A model generated the notes under the pieces. It was not told where the DNA came from. It saw only the letters and a list, made by a program, of their open reading frames with translations, and did no database searches. Both the position numbers and the translations under genes were made by a program. 64,000 bases of DNA from Raillietiella orientalis (Eukaryota): assembly GCA_036172245.1 (NCBI GenBank), contig JAYWIR010000004.1, positions 2,728,001-2,792,000 of the forward strand, read 5' to 3'. This document shows, one piece after another, positions 60,401-64,000 of the stretch. Every line of letters starts with the position of its first letter. Position 1 is the stretch's first letter.

Positions 60401-62479
60401 CAAGAGGACCACCAGCTGGCCGCGCGGCCGGCTTCCCCCCGCCCGGTGGTCCGCCTTTCGCACGTCTTCCCAGCCGGCGCGCCCCTTCGCGGAGGCGACA
60501 GGAAGGGACCGCCGCGCGCGGTTCCCCGATGCGCGACGGACGGCTCCTGCGGCGCTGCGCGCCCGCAAGCCCTTCCGGCAGTGGAGAGAGCCCTCGAGGA
60601 GCGACTCCGCCCGAAGCTCTCTGTCCGGAGGGCTGGTCGCTGGGGACCACGCAGCCCCCCCTCTCGCACGTTGCCAGCACCTCCCTCGGAAGAGGAACGC
60701 GAAGCGCTCTCGGTTTCCGTTTCTCGTCCGGGAGTCTCTGGACCACTGCCCTCCCTGTTCTTTTCTCTCTCTCCCCCCCCCCTCCTCCTCCTCTTTCCCT
60801 CTGTTCCCTTCATCGAGCCGCCCCTCGGCTTCTGGATGGCCCACTGCTGGTCTTCGCCAACGTCGTTGTCGAGCCCAGTCTCCTCCCCAGACTGATCCAC
60901 ACCTCCTCTAGAGAGTCCGACCTCCGAACTATGCTGTATCGATCGACCACCGGAGGGCGCGCGCGTCCGGGAGCGGCGAGCTTGCGAGGCACCACGTGAG
61001 AGACCTCGCGAGAAGGGGAGAAAAAATAAAAATAAAAAGCGGGGCAGATCCGCCCCCCCTTCTCCTCCTCCTCCCCGGGGCCGCCCCCGCCGCCTCCCGA
61101 ACACGCCCGGAGTGCTTCCAGGATTGAGCGCACCCGGATGCGTCCGGAGCGCTGTTATTTTAAGTTGCGCGGAGCATACGCGGCATGTCGTTTTCCTGCC
61201 GGCTGCGTGGGGAACACGTGCCATCCCGGTATTCTCTCAGCAGCTGCCTTCGTCGCTCCTGTTCATCAGCAGCCTCGCGGGATCTTAATTTAGATTCCGT
61301 CCCCAAGGCGCGCTCGCTGGCTCACGTCTTCTTCTTCTGCTGCTGCAGCAGCAGCAGCAGCCGCGCGCTGCACGTGGAGCTGGCGCGCACTCCTGGACAA
61401 CCCCCGTAGTCGGAGGGTGGCCTAGGGAGAAGTGCTCTCTGTCCCTAGCCGCGGACGTCCCCGGAAACTAGGCCGAGGCTCCTTCCTTCTCCCTCCCTTC
61501 CTGCCCCTCCCCTCTGTCTTTGCCCAGGGTCGGAAGCGAGGAGGGAGGCTGGAGCGAACCATCCGGGCTTGGCACCGCCACCGCTCCAGAGCTCAACAGT
61601 ACCGTCGCCACATTTCGGGAAGATGCGCGCTTTTCGGGAGCCCCGCGCCCGCAGCTGCAACACTATCTCCCCGGGAGCGTCCAGAAATAGATTCACGTTC
61701 CGCGCAGGAACGGATGCGTTCGATCCATTCATCAAACGGAGAGGAGGAAGATCTGGGAGGGAGCCCTTCGGGGGAGGGGGGGGGGGCGGCGTTCGTCCTG
61801 GGCGCTTTCTCGTCTCCCCGTTGGCCTGACGGGGCTCCTTCCCGGACTGGTCCCCTGGGCGGGACATGCGGTGACAATCTTCCCGCATTGCTCCCCCGGC
61901 GGGGATGCGTCAGCCCGCGCCCCTCCGGCGGTCCTCGCCCGCGGCGCGCGCGTCCCAAAGGCGCGCCTGGAGGGCGTCGCCCGAGGAACGCCTGAGGCGT
62001 CCGAGAGCTCCGTCCACCGGAAGGAGGGGCGAGGTGCACGTCGCCATGCGGATGTGTGGAACGCCCGTCGGCAAGGGTTTCCCCCTGCCGGCTCGTTTCC
62101 ACGGTGGCGAGCAGCACTTCCGGTTTGGAGAAAGCCCTCCCGTGCTTTCGCAACGCCCTGCTCCGCCCGAAGGCGGTGGCTCGGGGAAGGACACGCGCCC
62201 CGGAAGTGGCACCCCCTGCCTGGGACTCCGCGACCGCCGGTCGGGGTGGTCGCGAGTTTCCATGAGCGGTCGAGGTGCGCGTCTTCGCTACGGCGGCTAA
62301 CCTTCTGCCCCCCCCCCCCCTCCTTCCAAACCCCGGCGCACAGCGGGCGTGAGGAAGGGGAGGGGAGGGAAGGGGAACAGCTGGAGGGCTCCGTCCGTCA
62401 CCTTCCTCGCGGGTTCCGCTCCCTCCACCCCCCTCCTCCTCCCCGCGGATGGGACTCTACCGCGGATCCGGCCGCACCG

Positions 62480-63500
62480 GCCACCCCTGGGTGCTGCTTC
62501 CGGCCCCTGCAGCGCTTCCGGTTCACGGGACCCGCCGTAGTTCCTCTCCTGGCGGGTCAGCGGGACGGTGGGTCTTGCAGGTGGAGCGGAGGCCACAGAG
62601 GGGTCGCCCGACGGCATCAGGAGGAGGGAAGCGGCCGACGCAGGACAAGGAAAGGGAGCGGAGGGCGTCGGAGGGAGGGACTCCCGGAAGGGACCGACGG
62701 GGCCTTCCGGGATCCTTTCACCTCCCTTCCGGTGATTCCTTGGGCGCCCACCGCGCGGCAGAGGGAGTTTCGCGCCCGCCCCTTTGCGGGGCCACGTGAC
62801 CCTACCGACTGGGACGTGGAGGAAGAACGAGTTTCCCGCCCCTCTCTGAGGGAGCACTCTGGTTGCTGTCCGGGACGGGGACGGGAGAGCCCCTCTTTCC
62901 TCTGGAGCCAGCACCAACTCATTCTCTTTCTCCTCTCCTCTCCCTAGAGCCCCCCCCGGAGCTCTCTCGTCAGCCGTCCAGGAGCTGAGGTCCCTGGCGT
63001 GCCTTCGAGAGTGAGGTGACGACACACCGCCCCAGCCTCGGGCTGGGGTAGGGAAAGGGGAAGGGGAGGAAAACGCAAAAAAGGCACCTCCTGGAGCTCC
63101 CGAGGGGTAGTGTCGCTCTCCGGGGGGTGATCCGTGGGACGGATGGAACTCTTCTGGTGGTCTCTCGAGATGGCAGCAGCTGACCCGCCTCGCAGCGGTT
63201 GCGGTTCCCAGAGCGATGGCGGGGGGCTGCAGCGGCGGCGGAAGGTTTCTCCTGTCGAGGATTTCCTTCCCTCTTCCGGCAGGAGGAGCGATCCTCTCCT
63301 TCGATCGCTTCCTCTGAAAATCCCCACCGGTGCTCCGCTCCTTCCTGGAAGGGAAGAGGAGAGGGAAGACCATGAGCGGTCTGGCGATGACCACGGCCCA
63401 GTTTTCCCTTCCCGGAAATTCCACTCCCTCGCACTCCCCGGTGGGAGATTCGGGAGAGAGATTCCAAGTCCTTAGGGAGAGGAGAGAGGTGGGAACTCAG
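62480..63500 (-). mobile_element. Decayed Gypsy pol (RT connection, RNase H in IR-B right arm, integrase)
   Basis: 'SHLSPLPKDLESL' (cf. PxPKDxxxL) and 'ENWAVVIARPL' (cf. NxAxIAxPL). Shares the RNase H motifs through IR-B, then its own integrase 'ERIPEGPVGPFRES' (cf. RIxxDxVGPLPxS). Confidence 0.5.
62876..63296 (-). repeat. Inverted repeat B, right arm
   Basis: Reverse complement of 59500-59920. ORF 62970..63575(-) repeats the C-terminal ~108 aa of ORF 59359..59826(+). Confidence 0.97.
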
Positions 63501-64000
63501 GACGTTCCCTTCCCGCCGACGGACGAAGGAGGAGGGGGGGGAGGAGAAATGGCGTCCTTCGTCCCCTCGCCTCACGTGTGGCTGGCTGCTCCGCCCTCTC
63601 CCTGGATTCCCTTTGGCGAGGCGATCCGATCTCGGGAAGCGCAGGTTCTTCTCACCTCTTCTTTCAGCAAGAGGAGGATGCAGCCTCCGCGCGCTGAGCT
63701 GGCGTTCCCCCTCCCCTTTCCCTTCTCCCCCTTTCCCCTCCTCTTTCGCCTGACTGGATTGGCCGGTGGTCGGCGTCCGCGAACCCTGACCGCCTCGGTT
63801 CCCACCATACGTGGAACCCCAGGGTGGGCGCGCACGCCGCCTGCCGAAGGAAATTCGGCAGAGTTAGTAGGCGGGTCAAAGGGGCGTCCCCAGAGGGAAA
63901 CGGTCGTGGGGACCGCATGCATGCAAGGTGACCCTGAAAGGGACGAGGCGAAGAAGAGCTCCTGACCGCGGGTACGACGGAGGGGGGGGGGGGGGAGGGA

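Noticed and set aside
1..64000. tRNA, rRNA, CRISPR arrays or prokaryotic operons
   Set aside because: No cloverleaf or paired A/B boxes, rRNA-like sequence or regularly spaced direct repeats were seen. The sequence is eukaryotic in character.

Overview
Eukaryotic, animal (probably arthropod) genomic DNA. One clear protein-coding gene is present: an intronless 645-aa ARMC4/ODAD2 (Drosophila gudu-like) armadillo-repeat axonemal protein at 11431-13368 (+). It lies in an AT-rich island (~9.9-19.4 kb, roughly 35-45% GC by eye). The island is flanked by very GC-rich, CpG-rich DNA (roughly 65-70% GC by eye). The many long ORFs in the GC-rich DNA are spurious. Read across frames, however, that DNA appears to be tiled with heavily decayed transposon fossils: Ty3/Gypsy gag/protease/RT/RNase H/integrase, LINE EN/RT/RNase H/CCHC, and one IS630/Tc1/mariner DDE transposase. 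These calls rest on degenerate motifs recognised by eye and have moderate confidence. The most striking structure is two pairs of almost perfect inverted repeats: 1538-2630 vs 51800-52892 (1093 bp, ~49 kb apart, bracketing the gene) and 59500-59920 vs 62876-63296 (421 bp, ~3 kb apart). Each pair sits at homologous positions inside two otherwise strongly diverged, inverted Gypsy fossils, which suggests recent ectopic gene conversion or inversion breakpoints in ancient repeats. No tRNA, rRNA or CRISPR array was recognised.
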